Below are positions 1 through 10,369 of a DNA stretch of 64,000 nt, piece by piece (the stretch's first letter is position 1; each line of letters opens with the position of its first letter). Under the pieces are notes generated by a model. It was given only the letters and a program-made list of their open reading frames with translations, made no database searches and was not told the origin of the DNA. This DNA is from Candidatus Nezhaarchaeales archaeon (GTDB lineage: Archaea; Thermoproteota; Methanomethylicia; Nezhaarchaeales; WYZ-LMO8): contig JAWAKK010000002.1 in NCBI GenBank assembly GCA_038887515.1, positions 192,001 to 256,000 on the forward strand. The letters run 5' to 3'. The translations under genes and the position numbers were made by a program.

Positions 1-520
1 CTATCACTTTATCGCCCGGCTTTAAGTTTGAGTCCTTCAAAATCCTACCCCTCTCTGCTAAACCTATGCCGGCTGTGCTTATGACTATCTTGTCTACCTT
101 GCCTTTAGGCATGACCTTAAAATCTCCATGTATTATGGCCGCACCCACTTCTTCGACCGTCTCGTTCATAGACTTTACGATTTTCTCTAGATCCCTTATA
201 GGGAAGCCTTCTTCAACTATTATCGAGTCCATTAAGGCTAGGGGTCTCGCACCCATGACTGCTAAGTCGTTTATTGTGCCCGCGGCAGCCAGCTTCCCTA
301 TGTCTCCTCCTGGGAAAAATATGGGGTCGACCGTGTGCCCATCCATCGTCAAAACGATCTCGTAAGTTCCAAGAGGCACCGTGGCTCCGTCATCCATATC
401 GTCTAGGCCGATACCGTCAAAAACACTTCTCCGCCTTATATTGTTTAAGATCACGCTCTTAATGAGCTCGACCATTATCGTCCCGCCTGCACCATGAGCT
501 AAGAGGATTTCGCCGTTCAT
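1..520 (-). CDS. hypE: Hydrogenase maturation protein HypE (5' part; runs off window start)
   Basis: Manual reverse translation: MNGEILLAHGAGG...DDGA...TMDGHTVDPIFFPGGDIGKLAAAGTINDLAVMGARP (HypE/AIR-synthase family motifs). Not in the ORF track. Confidence 0.9.
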   Translation of the reverse strand, partial: MNGEILLAHGAGGTIMVELIKSVILNNIRRRSVFDGIGLDDMDDGATVPLGTYEIVLTMDGHTVDPIFFPGGDIGKLAAAGTINDLAVMGARPLALMDSIIVEEGFPIRDLEKIVKSMNETVEEVGAAIIHGDFKVMPKGKVDKIVISTAGIGLAERGRILKDSNLKPGDKVI

Positions 521-610
521 GCTGTCCTCCCTCATTTGCATAAAGCTTATAACCTCTCGTTTTTGAATTTTCTTCGCAATACGTTTTAACGGTTCGGAGT
601 GGTCGATCGA

Positions 611-994
611 ATGCCCCAATACCACGGCAGGGATCTGAGGAAACCGACTGGAGGCAAGATAAGACCTCACAGGAAGAAGAGGAAGTACGAGATGGGAAGG
701 GATCCTATTGAGACTCTGCCAGCTAGTCAGGAGAGTAGAATCAAGAAGAGGGTAAAGGGAGGGAACGTGAAGGTCAGCCTTAAATATGCTACGTACGCCA
801 ACGTACTAGACCCGGAAAGTAATAAGGTCTACAAACTCAAAATATTGGGGGTGAAGGAGAACCCTGCAAGCATCGACTACTCGCGTAGAGGCGTAATAAC
901 GAAGGGGGCAGTAATAGAAACGGAGAAGGGTTTAGCAAAAGTTACTTCGAGACCTGGACAAGATGGCGTCATCAATGCAGTGTTGTTAAAATAA
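611..994 (+). CDS. rps8e: 30S ribosomal protein S8e
   Basis: MPQYHGRDLRKPTGG...KRKYEMGR...VTSRPGQDGVINAVL. Confidence 0.96.
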   Translation: MPQYHGRDLRKPTGGKIRPHRKKRKYEMGRDPIETLPASQESRIKKRVKGGNVKVSLKYATYANVLDPESNKVYKLKILGVKENPASIDYSRRGVITKGAVIETEKGLAKVTSRPGQDGVINAVLLK

Positions 995-1009
995 AAAGAT
1001 GGTAAGAAG

Positions 1010-1318
1010 GTGAAGGCGATACTCGGCGATAGAAGTAGGATAATAATTTATCCCTGCTATCTAGATTGCACTAGGAGCGAGACTCAAGGAAGGAAGATCC
1101 CCAAGAAGGTAGCCGTGCCATCACCAAAAATCGACGAAATACTCCGAGCAGCTCAAGAGCTGAATCTCGATCCTTTAATTGAAAAGAAGCCACATCCATC
1201 TTGGTGGTACGAGGAATCTTCTAGGGTTTCGGTTAAAAAAATTGCATCTAAGAGAAAGGTACTAATAATGCTAGCTAAGAAGATTGCGGAGAATAGGAAA
1301 GAGAAGTCAAAGAAGTAA
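1010..1318 (+). CDS. srp19: Signal recognition particle 19 kDa protein
   Basis: IIYPCYLD...GRKIPK..AVPSP motif. Confidence 0.92.
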   Translation: MKAILGDRSRIIIYPCYLDCTRSETQGRKIPKKVAVPSPKIDEILRAAQELNLDPLIEKKPHPSWWYEESSRVSVKKIASKRKVLIMLAKKIAENRKEKSKK

Positions 1319-1330
1319 AGTTGGGCCGCA

Positions 1331-1352
1331 TTTTTTTTTCTTAAGTTCTTTT
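1331..1352 (+). terminator. Oligo-T terminator-like tract after srp19
   Basis: TTTTTTTTTC...TTCTTTTT directly downstream of the stop codon. Confidence 0.5.
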
Positions 1353-1428
1353 TAAGCCGAACCTAGCAGCCCACATAAATACCTCAAGAAACCTTTATAT
1401 TATATTCTTGAGAATAATTCTCCCCGTC

Positions 1429-1698
1429 ATGAGGGGCTCTCTAACCCTTCTAGGCTCTGTGCTTCACACATCAAAGAGCAATAAGCTCGTAGTCAAGTGT
1501 TTTTCTAAGGTTGTTCCAAAAGTTGGCTCCCTAGTTTACGATAACAAAAGTAGGCTTATAGGATCAGTATTCGATGTAATAGGCCCTGTCTCGTCACCCT
1601 ACATATTAATTAAGTTATCAGAGGAGATAGGCCCCGATGAATTAAGGCAAGTCAAGAAAGTTTACGTTAATTCTTCTATGAAAAAAACTGGGAGATGA
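1429..1698 (+). CDS. gar1: H/ACA RNP protein Gar1/Naf1
   Basis: LGSVLH...PKVGSLVYD...IGSVFDVIGPVSSPY; conserved position before tfb. Confidence 0.85.
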   Translation: MRGSLTLLGSVLHTSKSNKLVVKCFSKVVPKVGSLVYDNKSRLIGSVFDVIGPVSSPYILIKLSEEIGPDELRQVKKVYVNSSMKKTGR

Positions 1699-1705
1699 AT
1701 ATGGG

Positions 1706-2635
1706 ATGAAGAGTCAACTTGTCGATGAACATGAGTTTAAGTGTCCTGAATGTGGAGGTACGGAGTTCTTCAGAGATTATGATCGTGCTGAAATGGCTTG
1801 CGCCAGATGCGGGCTTGTTATAAGCGAGCGTCTTATAGACCAAGGTCCTGAGTGGAGGGCCTTCGATTCTGAGCAGCAAGATAAGAGAGCTAGGGCAGGG
1901 GCCCCATTAACACTTACTATACATGATAAAGGTCTTTCAACAGTAATAGACTGGCACAGAAACGGTAGGTCCACGAAGAACATGAGTCCAGCGAAGAGGA
2001 TGCAAATATATAAGTTGAAGAAGTGGCAACAAAGATCGAGGGTCTCGAACGCCTTTGAAAGAAACTTGACACTTGCTTTATCTGAGTTAGATAGAATATC
2101 GTCCCAGCTTGGCCTTCCAAGAAATGTAAGGGAGAGCGCGGCCATCCTTTATAGGAGGATGGTGGAAGCGAAGATTATAAGAGGTAGATCCATCGAGAGT
2201 ATGGTCGCCGCCGCAATCTATGCTGCGTGTAGGCAAAACAAGATACCTAGAACACTTGACGAAGTAGCTCAAGCTTCTAACATAAAGAAGCGGGAGATAG
2301 GGAGGAGCTATAGGATTCTCCTGAAGACCCTTTTAGCAAAGATCACACCTATGGCCTCCGTGAACTTCATACCCCGACTCATCAATAAATTGAACTTGTC
2401 ACACGACGTCCAAAGACTTGCTATAACAATTCTCGAAAAGGCTAGGGGTATGGGGTTGACCTCGGGTAGGGGCCCTATGGGTATTGCCGCCGCCTCAATA
2501 TACATAGCTTGCGTACTTCAGCAAGTCAAGTGTACTCAGAGGGATATAGCGTCTTCAGCTAACGTAACGGAAGTTACAATAAGAAATAGGTACCAAGAAC
2601 TTATGCGAAAGCTTGAATTTATAGTTGCAGTATAA
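1706..2635 (+). CDS. tfb: Transcription initiation factor IIB
   Basis: Zn ribbon CPECG...CARCG, GPEWRAF, two cyclin repeats, VTEVTIRNRY. Confidence 0.97.
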   Translation: MKSQLVDEHEFKCPECGGTEFFRDYDRAEMACARCGLVISERLIDQGPEWRAFDSEQQDKRARAGAPLTLTIHDKGLSTVIDWHRNGRSTKNMSPAKRMQIYKLKKWQQRSRVSNAFERNLTLALSELDRISSQLGLPRNVRESAAILYRRMVEAKIIRGRSIESMVAAAIYAACRQNKIPRTLDEVAQASNIKKREIGRSYRILLKTLLAKITPMASVNFIPRLINKLNLSHDVQRLAITILEKARGMGLTSGRGPMGIAAASIYIACVLQQVKCTQRDIASSANVTEVTIRNRYQELMRKLEFIVAV

Positions 2636-2643
2636 CTTCTCCC

Positions 2644-3006
2644 GTGGAGCGTAGTCGAAAGGCGCACAACGAAATATACGTGAAAGCCCTCGAAATAATA
2701 AGGAAAGCAGGCCCTCAAGGGGTTTGGCAGCGGGATCTATGGAAAACGTTAAAAGTTAGTAGCCGCGAGGGATCGCGCATAGCTCTAACATTAGAGAAGA
2801 AAGGTTTAATTATAAGGGAACCAGTCATTCAGGGTCGTTTAAAGACCTTCAGACTTATAGCGGTTTCTAACGACCTCAAGGTAAGCTTAGAGGCTATAGA
2901 GGGGTGTCCATGTTTTTCATGTATGAACTTATCGCGTTGCGGCGCTGGGCAACCAATAAGCCCCGAGAACTGTGAGGATCTGACGAACTGGCTATCAAAA
3001 ATGTAG
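2644..3006 (+). CDS. Winged-helix protein with C-terminal Cys cluster (archaeal Rpc34-like)
   Basis: wHTH (GVWQRDLWK...SREGSRI) plus CPCFSC...C...SPENC..L..W; adjacent to tfb. Confidence 0.7.
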   Translation: MERSRKAHNEIYVKALEIIRKAGPQGVWQRDLWKTLKVSSREGSRIALTLEKKGLIIREPVIQGRLKTFRLIAVSNDLKVSLEAIEGCPCFSCMNLSRCGAGQPISPENCEDLTNWLSKM

Positions 3007-3021
3007 GTTTAAGGGTACGCT

Positions 3022-3648
3022 ATGTCTAAGAGATGGCGAATGGAGAGGTCAAAGGACCCTTACCACAGGATGGCTAAAGACTTCGGGTTTAGGTCTCGCG
3101 CTGCCTTTAAATTGATTGAGATTAATAGGAAGTTCTGCGTAATCAGGAAGGGAGACGTAGTTTTAGATGTAGGGGCCTATCCTGGAGGGTGGCTACAGGT
3201 AGCATCTAAAGTAGTAGGTCCCAGAGGCTTTATAATAGGTGTAGACATAAAACCCATAAGGGAACTGGGTCTCCCGAATGTCAAGACGATTATAGGCGAT
3301 ATCTGCGATGAAAGGCTTCGTGAGGAACTTGCATGTATAGTGCCCCGCAAAGTCGACGTGATATTGTCCGATGCCTCTCCAAAGCTGACGGGCGTATGGT
3401 CAACAGATATGGCTAGGCATATCCACATAACCTGTTGCGTCATTAAGCTTGCCAATAAACTGCTGAAGGAAGGAGGCGTAGCTGTTATAAAGGCTTTTCA
3501 GGGAAGCGAACTCAAGGACCTTATATCGAATTTACAGCTTGTCTTCAATAAGGTACGAGTATTCAAACCCATGGCATCGCGGCAAAAAAGCAGGGAAGTA
3601 TATTTAATATGTAAGGGTTTCCGCGGAAATAACGACATAAGCACGTAA
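3022..3648 (+). CDS. rlmE: 23S rRNA Um2552 2'-O-methyltransferase RlmE/FtsJ
   Basis: DPYHRMAK..GFRSRAAFKL, DVGAYPGGW, KPMASR..SRE. Confidence 0.95.
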   Translation: MSKRWRMERSKDPYHRMAKDFGFRSRAAFKLIEINRKFCVIRKGDVVLDVGAYPGGWLQVASKVVGPRGFIIGVDIKPIRELGLPNVKTIIGDICDERLREELACIVPRKVDVILSDASPKLTGVWSTDMARHIHITCCVIKLANKLLKEGGVAVIKAFQGSELKDLISNLQLVFNKVRVFKPMASRQKSREVYLICKGFRGNNDIST

Positions 3649-3669
3649 AGCTCAATGGGTTAACCAGTT

Positions 3670-4839
3670 ATGCACATAAAAGTACCTCTTAAGCTAGTAA
3701 ACGAAGGCCAAGTCAAGATATTATTGCCTGATGAAGAGGTTTTGGGAAAGGACGAGGCTAGGAAAATAGTATTCTATAACGAGGTCATGTCATTTTCGCG
3801 GGACTTCTCCATATGTGTACTTAAGGCCTACGCAAACCTAAGCGGCAGAAAGGACCTACGAGTTATTGAGCCGTTAACAGCTAGTGGGGTTAGGGGGATC
3901 AGGTATGCTAAGGAAGTTGAAGAAGTAAGCAAGGTAGTGATCTCGGACGTTAACCCCATAGCTGTAAATATAGCAAGAATTAACGCAGTACTAAATAAAG
4001 TAAAAGAAAAAATCGTAGTAAGACTTTCTAACGCTAACTCCCTATTGTCTAGGTACGCTGTTAAAGGGAAGAGGCTCGACGCCGTCGATATAGATCCTTT
4101 CGGCTCGCCCGCCCCCTTTGTGGACTCAGCCATTAGAGCAACCTCGATAGGTGGCATCATAGCTCTAACGGCCACGGACATGCCTCCTCTTTGTGGTGTC
4201 TACCCTCAAGTCGCATTTAGGAGATATGGAGGTCTATCGTTAAGGACGGAGTACTGCCACGAACTTGCTGTGAGACTCGTCCTGGGCCTTCTTTATAGAG
4301 AAGCCGGTAAACACAAGCTGTCGATAAAGCCTTTGATATCTCACAGCACGAGACATTACATAAGAGTCTTCGTTCAATTGACAGGGCTTAGGGATCGCAT
4401 GAATAGCATGGGCTTTATATACCATTGTTTCAAGTGCTTAAGCAGGAAAGTCGTAAGCATTGAGGACGTACCTTTAACTAGAGCCAAGTGCGAAAAGTGC
4501 GGCAATCAAATGGATGCCGCAGGCCCCCTCTGGATAGATCCCATATTCGATAGGTCCTTCTGTGAAGAAGTTGCAAAAGTCGCCTCTTCTCTGGACTTGC
4601 CAAATAAAAAGGAACTTAAGAAAACATTAGAGTTGATACTAGCAGAAGCGGATGGTCCTCCAACTTTTTATACCCTAGACGCTATCTCCCATAAGTATAA
4701 GTTGAGACAACCCAAGATACGAGAGTTAATAGAAAAGATGCGTTCTCAAGGTTTTCGGGTATCTCCAACACACTTTAACCCTAAAGGGCTTAGATTCGAT
4801 GGAGAAGTATCAGAGCTTGTTAAGATATTAACTCATTGA
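3670..4839 (+). CDS. trm1: tRNA (guanine26-N2,N2)-dimethyltransferase
   Basis: VFYN..M...RD, ASGVRGIRY, DIDPFGSP, TATD, AGPLW. Confidence 0.95.
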   Translation: MHIKVPLKLVNEGQVKILLPDEEVLGKDEARKIVFYNEVMSFSRDFSICVLKAYANLSGRKDLRVIEPLTASGVRGIRYAKEVEEVSKVVISDVNPIAVNIARINAVLNKVKEKIVVRLSNANSLLSRYAVKGKRLDAVDIDPFGSPAPFVDSAIRATSIGGIIALTATDMPPLCGVYPQVAFRRYGGLSLRTEYCHELAVRLVLGLLYREAGKHKLSIKPLISHSTRHYIRVFVQLTGLRDRMNSMGFIYHCFKCLSRKVVSIEDVPLTRAKCEKCGNQMDAAGPLWIDPIFDRSFCEEVAKVASSLDLPNKKELKKTLELILAEADGPPTFYTLDAISHKYKLRQPKIRELIEKMRSQGFRVSPTHFNPKGLRFDGEVSELVKILTH

Positions 4840-5796
4840 TGATACCTCTATTAGCTCTTCTGGACTGCTGATGTCCTCGAGTTTTTTAGCATTTATGACC
4901 CCATCCTCTTTGCGGAGGGTCTTTCGTGCTACAACGAGTCTCCTAACCTTAGCGACCTCGGCTACCCCTTTCAATACTTCTACCCCCTTTCTCGACCTGT
5001 CACTTAGGGTTTCAACAGTCAATATCAGAATAGTTTTACCTCCCTCGCCGTTTTTCTTGGCTATGATATTAAAGGGAGCATCTTTAAACTTAAAAATTGA
5101 GAAACCAAGCCTCGACAACTTCAAAGCAACCTCTTCTTGTAACCTTTGTCTTCCAGCCCCGCCAAGACTCTCCTCCTTCTTAAAGTCCTCAACCGTAACA
5201 TCGCTCAAAATATTTATGGGTTTAAAGGCCTGTATGACCTCCTCTTCGTCTACATACCTTTTAAGAACTTCATAAAGCCTAAAAGCTACGTCGACAGTTG
5301 CATCCATCTCACCCTTTTCGTACTCGTAAACCGCTTTCCTCGTAACTCCAAGCAAATTGGCTAGGCCACCTAACGATAGACCAATTCTTTCCCGTATTTC
5401 TCGTAGCTTCTTTCCATCGATCTTTACGTAGAACCTCCCACCTTTGTAGTAAACGTACTGCTTCCCTCCTTCAAAGTACTCCAGTAGAGCATCTGGGTGA
5501 ACAGCATAGATACCTTGCTTTTCGTAGGCAGCCCCTCTGTCTATCTCGTTATCTGCCTCCTTTTCGCTGACGACTATGGGGTGCGCCCTTAAAGCGTAAC
5601 TTGCCTTCTTTATTTCTAAGGCGCACTGGCTCCTCAAGTTTAAGAGATCTTCAAGCACCTTAATTAAGAATAACTTGCTTCCGCTTCTAGCCACTATGTT
5701 TATGGCGCTTCTTTCATTGATGTAAGGTCTCGAGGTCTCGAACCCCTTATCCTGCAGAACTTCTAAGGTTCTAGCGATAACTTTCTCTATGGACAC
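4828..5796 (-). CDS. HTH (Cro/XRE) transcriptional regulator, COG1395-like
   Basis: Central HTH LREIRERIGLSLGGLA...VYEYE flanked by nuclease-like domains. Confidence 0.8.
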   Translation of the reverse strand: MSIEKVIARTLEVLQDKGFETSRPYINERSAINIVARSGSKLFLIKVLEDLLNLRSQCALEIKKASYALRAHPIVVSEKEADNEIDRGAAYEKQGIYAVHPDALLEYFEGGKQYVYYKGGRFYVKIDGKKLREIRERIGLSLGGLANLLGVTRKAVYEYEKGEMDATVDVAFRLYEVLKRYVDEEEVIQAFKPINILSDVTVEDFKKEESLGGAGRQRLQEEVALKLSRLGFSIFKFKDAPFNIIAKKNGEGGKTILILTVETLSDRSRKGVEVLKGVAEVAKVRRLVVARKTLRKEDGVINAKKLEDISSPEELIEVSSMS

Positions 5797-5808
5797 GGAG
5801 TCAATCCC

Positions 5809-6267
5809 TCACTCCATGCCGGAGACGAAGCCTACGACTGTCGTAGTTCTTAGCTTACTCCGAAGAATAGCTACGTAGGGCTTATATAATAAATTTTTAC
5901 CTTTCTCACAATATACAGCTTTATCGTACCCCAAGACCTTGGCTACCACATCTGCCTCTAAATCTCCTCCACATATCATGTAGACACCTTCCCCCATATC
6001 TATCATGCGTAAGATCACTATAGGTAGTCTTAGCTTGTCGTGGTATTGAGCTGGCACTATGTTAGCCAGAAATTCGAGCTCTCTCTTCTCCATTATTAGT
6101 TCTTCCCCCGACCTAGTCAAGACCTTAGGCTCCTCCATATTCAGTAATTCCTTCAAAGTCTTACTCTCCTTAGGCAGGTGATCATTTATTCTCTCTATTT
6201 CTCTTGCTAAAATTCGACTAATCCTATCTATGAAATTCTTCTCGAACCTAGAGAAGCCGTTGAACAA
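5809..6267 (-). CDS. DUF61 family protein
   Basis: INDHLPKESKTLKELL...LRLPI. Confidence 0.8.
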   Translation of the reverse strand: MFNGFSRFEKNFIDRISRILAREIERINDHLPKESKTLKELLNMEEPKVLTRSGEELIMEKRELEFLANIVPAQYHDKLRLPIVILRMIDMGEGVYMICGGDLEADVVAKVLGYDKAVYCEKGKNLLYKPYVAILRSKLRTTTVVGFVSGME

Positions 6268-6273
6268 TAAAGT

Positions 6274-6966
6274 TCACACTCTACGTGCCAATATCATTGC
6301 ATGGTCCACGTCGTATGGTTCTAGGTGTACCACGTTGACTATCTCGAAACCTCCACTTTTTAAGGTCTCCATCTCTCTCCTATATACTTCAGAAGGCTCT
6401 CTAGTGACGTCGATGCTCCTAGCCTTTATTGCTAGGAAGGCCCAGCCATTCTTCTTTAAGTAGAAGTCGGCGTTGTCTATTAGAATCTTGCTCTGATATG
6501 GCTGTGCAACGTCTTGATATATTACGTCGACTTCTTCGACTATGTATGTGTACTCGGCTGGTAGGCGCGCGTCCGCTAATATCGGTACGACGTTCCTTCT
6601 ATATTTGGCTACCCTCTCTAAGAACTCTCTCATAACTCTCGGAGAGAACTCAACGCCATATACTCGTCCTCTATCGCCTACAATATCAGATATATGAGAA
6701 CAAGTAGTTCCCGAAGCAACTCCTAGATACAGCACCTTAATTCCCTCAGTTATAGGAGACGTTTTCAAGCCCTTCATAAAGGCTGCTGCAAGCTTAGACC
6801 TATAAGAATCCCAAAGTCTGAGTTCCATATTCTCGTACTTGAGAAGCGCTTCACCGTAAACTTTGACTCCAGGAACCAAGTTACGGGTTGCTAGTCTAGT
6901 ACTGCCATCATCCATTTCTACAACATATACTCCTTTTATACTCTCATGAGGTTTAATATCCAACAA
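6274..6966 (-). CDS. flpA: Fibrillarin (box C/D 2'-O-methyltransferase)
   Basis: VYGE, RSKLAAA, VLYLGVASGTTCSH, KARSID. Confidence 0.97.
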   Translation of the reverse strand: MLDIKPHESIKGVYVVEMDDGSTRLATRNLVPGVKVYGEALLKYENMELRLWDSYRSKLAAAFMKGLKTSPITEGIKVLYLGVASGTTCSHISDIVGDRGRVYGVEFSPRVMREFLERVAKYRRNVVPILADARLPAEYTYIVEEVDVIYQDVAQPYQSKILIDNADFYLKKNGWAFLAIKARSIDVTREPSEVYRREMETLKSGGFEIVNVVHLEPYDVDHAMILARRV

Positions 6967-6969
6967 CTC

Positions 6970-8178
6970 TCACCCTTTTCCTCTCTTCGTCCTCTTAGGA
7001 GGTTTCTTCTCGACAATCTTCTTGGGTGGAGTTTTATACGTCTCTTTTATTTCCCTAATCCTATTCTTTAAGTCCTCTTTTAATTCGTCAGCTACGTACT
7101 CGCCAGTGAAAAAGTCTACTCTAGCGGCTATCGCTATTTTTCCGGCTAAAGCCCTAGCTATCTTCCCTCTCTGCCACCTAGGCGATTTGTGTATTTCAGG
7201 GTATTGGAATATTATACCATGTTTAGGAGGCTTACCTCCAGTCTTCAGGGCTCTAAATAGCGCTTTTTCAGCGCCTAAGAGCTGAATTGTGCTTGCAGGC
7301 ATTTTTGCTAGTCTCTCTAGCCCACCTGCAAGAGCTATTAAGCGGGCTCCTAGGACCGGTCCCACAAGCTCTTTTATGTTGGGAGCAACCTCACCCATAA
7401 CTTCGTCAACATATCTTTTTAACTTCTCGTTTAACTCATAGAGCTTAAGGGTTACAGAAGCCACATCCCTTATCACTTCTACATCCTTTTGAAGGACGTT
7501 AGCCCCGAGCGATGCACCATGCCCTAAGAATTTAGTTATCTTGTCCTTAATTTGATCTAGTTTTTCTAAAACGTCCTGCCTCTTTAGGTTATCTCTATGC
7601 CCTATTATTAATAAGGATTTAACGAAATCCTCGTGATCCTTTATGGCGCTTCCAAGCTCGGGAAAATGTATTCCATACCATTCTCTCAGTCTAGATGCTA
7701 AGATGTTGAGCATCTTCTCTACTTCGTCTATACAAGAAACGGCTTGAGCTACTAGCAAGTCTCTCTTCTCGACCGCTTCAACTATTCTCTTTGCGCTTAG
7801 ATTAAGGGCCACTTTGTGAAGAGATAATGCTGCCTCCTCCTCGCTTTTTGCATAACCAATTTTAACTGCAAGGCTTAACAAGTTGGCTCTCACACTTTTC
7901 GCAATGCTGCTTGGAGCCTCCACCTTAACTTCTTGAAATCCTGAGCTAACGAGTGCTTGCGCAATTTTAGGGTCTTCAACTATAAGTTCGGTGACGCCAA
8001 GCTTTCGAGCTTTTTCGCAAAGCTCCTTTATCTCGTCAAAGCTCTCTCCTTTATTCAACGAGTAAAGCTTTTCTGCTTGGACTTCAAAGTCCTTTGGGAA
8101 CATAACCTTTTCAAGTACTTCTCCTCTATCATCGCATAACAGGAGGCCTATGAAGCTGCCTACGACATAACCTTTCAT
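6970..8178 (-). CDS. nop5: Box C/D RNP protein Nop5/Nop56
   Basis: RLREWYGIHFPEL, PASTIQLLGAEKALF, PKHGIIFQ. Confidence 0.96.
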   Translation of the reverse strand: MKGYVVGSFIGLLLCDDRGEVLEKVMFPKDFEVQAEKLYSLNKGESFDEIKELCEKARKLGVTELIVEDPKIAQALVSSGFQEVKVEAPSSIAKSVRANLLSLAVKIGYAKSEEEAALSLHKVALNLSAKRIVEAVEKRDLLVAQAVSCIDEVEKMLNILASRLREWYGIHFPELGSAIKDHEDFVKSLLIIGHRDNLKRQDVLEKLDQIKDKITKFLGHGASLGANVLQKDVEVIRDVASVTLKLYELNEKLKRYVDEVMGEVAPNIKELVGPVLGARLIALAGGLERLAKMPASTIQLLGAEKALFRALKTGGKPPKHGIIFQYPEIHKSPRWQRGKIARALAGKIAIAARVDFFTGEYVADELKEDLKNRIREIKETYKTPPKKIVEKKPPKRTKRGKG

Positions 8179-8280
8179 AACCTTATGCTCCTCACTTTCG
8201 ATCTTCTTCTAGTTTTCAGGTTTAAGTTACTAATTAAATGGTTACCATGATAATATATAACTGTTTTCTGTTTAACTATT

Positions 8281-9195
8281 ATGGTAATCATGAAACTGGA
8301 TGTAAGGATAGCGTCGCTAACCCTGAAGAATCCCATAATGTTGGCGTCGGGCATAGTCGGTACGACTCCGTCCATGCTTACTAGAGCTTACAGAGCTGGC
8401 GCCTCTGCTGTAGTTACTAAGTCTATAACGGTGAACCCTAGAGAGGGCTACCCTAACCCTGTAATAGTGGAATTGCGCTACGGTCTCCTAAACGCTATAG
8501 GTCTCGCTAATCCCGGAGTTGAAAACTACCTCTCTGAGTGTATTGAGAATAGGAGGACTCTAGCGAAAATTCCCCTGATCTTCAGCATAGCTGGCTCTAA
8601 AGTAGAGGACTACGTAAATGTCGCTAAACTAATCTCTGAGGGGAGCGTGGGCAAAGCTCTAGAACTAAACTTATCGTGTCCTCACGTGCGTGAAACCAAG
8701 CTGTTTTCCGAAGACCCTAGATTGACAGCTCAAGTAGTTAAGGCCGTCTGTGACGTCAGCTTGCTACCAGTCTTCGTGAAGATAGGGCTAACGACGAACT
8801 TTATTGAGGTAGCCGAGGCAGCGATAAAGCACGGAGCTTCGGCTATAACGGCTATAAACTCCATAAAAGCTATGGCAATAGACATAAGCGCCAAGAGACC
8901 AGTGCTTTCGTCGATTTATGGAGGTCTCTCGGGACCAGCCATTAAGCCCATAGCTTTAAGGGTGGTCTACGAGCTCTATGAAAACTTTGATATCCCGATA
9001 ATAGGCGTAGGCGGAATAACGGTATGGCAAGACGTTGTCGAGTTTATGATGGCTGGAGCTACAGCCGCCCAAGTAGGTACAGCACTATACAAGCGAGGCT
9101 TTAAGGTATTTAGGGAGCTCGTGAAAGGATTGAGAAGTTACATGGAGAAAGAAGGTTTAAAGGACGTTAAAGATTTGATAGGTATCGCTCATTGA
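8281..9195 (+). CDS. pyrD: Dihydroorotate dehydrogenase B, catalytic subunit
   Basis: NPIMLASG, NAIGLANPG, ELNLSCPH, GGLSGPAIKPIA. Confidence 0.95.
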   Translation: MVIMKLDVRIASLTLKNPIMLASGIVGTTPSMLTRAYRAGASAVVTKSITVNPREGYPNPVIVELRYGLLNAIGLANPGVENYLSECIENRRTLAKIPLIFSIAGSKVEDYVNVAKLISEGSVGKALELNLSCPHVRETKLFSEDPRLTAQVVKAVCDVSLLPVFVKIGLTTNFIEVAEAAIKHGASAITAINSIKAMAIDISAKRPVLSSIYGGLSGPAIKPIALRVVYELYENFDIPIIGVGGITVWQDVVEFMMAGATAAQVGTALYKRGFKVFRELVKGLRSYMEKEGLKDVKDLIGIAH

Positions 9196-9205
9196 GGTAA
9201 CGGCC

Positions 9206-10033
9206 ATGTACTACGTCAAGTGCATTTTGAAGGAGAAGAAGGAGGAGGCTAAGCACATTTTCTCTCATACGGTCTACTTCAACGACAAAAGAATTGTCAC
9301 GAAGCTAAAACCAGGACGTTTTGTAATGGTATGGCTTCCAGGGATAGATGAATTCCCCATTTCTCCATCAGGCTATAGTCTAGAACCTCTAACTATGAAG
9401 CTCACGTTTAAGGTTAGGGGTCCTGGGACCGAGGCTCTAGCATCATTAAGACCGGGGGACGTCTTTTTCTTAAGGGGACCTTATGGCAACGGATTTACAG
9501 TACCCAATGAAGTGACTCTAAAGACCAGCAATACCGTACTTATAGTTGGTGGAGGGGTTGGCTTAGCACCACTAATGCCATTGATTGAAAGCCTAATTAG
9601 TAGCTCTCTGAAAATACACGTTGTCTGCGGGTTCAAGAACTCTGGCGAGGCTTTCTTTATTAAAGAGCTATCGAGTCTCTTGGGAGAGGATCTAACTATA
9701 GCGACCGACGATGGAAGCATCGGCTTAAAGGGGACTGCCGTAGATGCCGTTAAGGAACTGCTCAAGTTGAAGCACTTCTCTTACGCTTTCGCCTGTGGTC
9801 CTGAAGCGATGCTTTTTAAGCTTCACTCCATGCTCTTAAGCAATGGGATACCGCATCAGATGCTCATTGAGAGGTACGTTAAATGTGCTTTAGGCGTATG
9901 TGGCTCGTGCGCCGTGGACGGGATACTATTGTGTAAAGAAGGGCCCGTCTTCAACGATGTTGTTTTGAAAAGCTTAAAAGAATTCGGCCAATTCAAGCGC
10001 CTCGCTTCAGGCGTTAGAGAACCAGTAGCTTAG
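9206..10033 (+). CDS. pyrK: Dihydroorotate dehydrogenase electron transfer subunit
   Basis: RGPYGNGF, GGGVGLAPL, CGPEAM, CALGVCGSC...LCKEGPVF. Confidence 0.93.
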   Translation: MYYVKCILKEKKEEAKHIFSHTVYFNDKRIVTKLKPGRFVMVWLPGIDEFPISPSGYSLEPLTMKLTFKVRGPGTEALASLRPGDVFFLRGPYGNGFTVPNEVTLKTSNTVLIVGGGVGLAPLMPLIESLISSSLKIHVVCGFKNSGEAFFIKELSSLLGEDLTIATDDGSIGLKGTAVDAVKELLKLKHFSYAFACGPEAMLFKLHSMLLSNGIPHQMLIERYVKCALGVCGSCAVDGILLCKEGPVFNDVVLKSLKEFGQFKRLASGVREPVA

Positions 10034-10098
10034 CTTTTTAACCAGTACGTTTATATTGAAGGTTATCTCTATCATCTAGTAAAAAATGGTGATTAAAA

Positions 10099-10263
10099 AT
10101 GCCCTCGCACGGTTCATTAACAAAAGCCGGGAAGGTAAGGTCTCAAACCCCTAAGATCCCTCCCAAGCCTAAGAGGAACCCAGTCCCTCGCGTTAGAAAT
10201 CATAAAGAATACGTGAGAAGGTTTTTAGCTGCACCAAAACAGAAGACTCCATCCACTCAGTAG
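10099..10263 (+). CDS. rps30e: 30S ribosomal protein S30e
   Basis: Manual translation [34 protein letters not shown]... (54 aa, below ORF-track cutoff); upstream GGTGA. Confidence 0.95.
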   Translation: MPSHGSLTKAGKVRSQTPKIPPKPKRNPVPRVRNHKEYVRRFLAAPKQKTPSTQ

Positions 10264-10369
10264 ACCTTTAGTTTTTATTATGCGTTCTCTCACATTAAAT
10301 CGTTAAGAGTAAGAGCTTTTACCGAAAGTAGTTATTTAGACTTATTATCCTCTAGCAACTTGTCTTCTT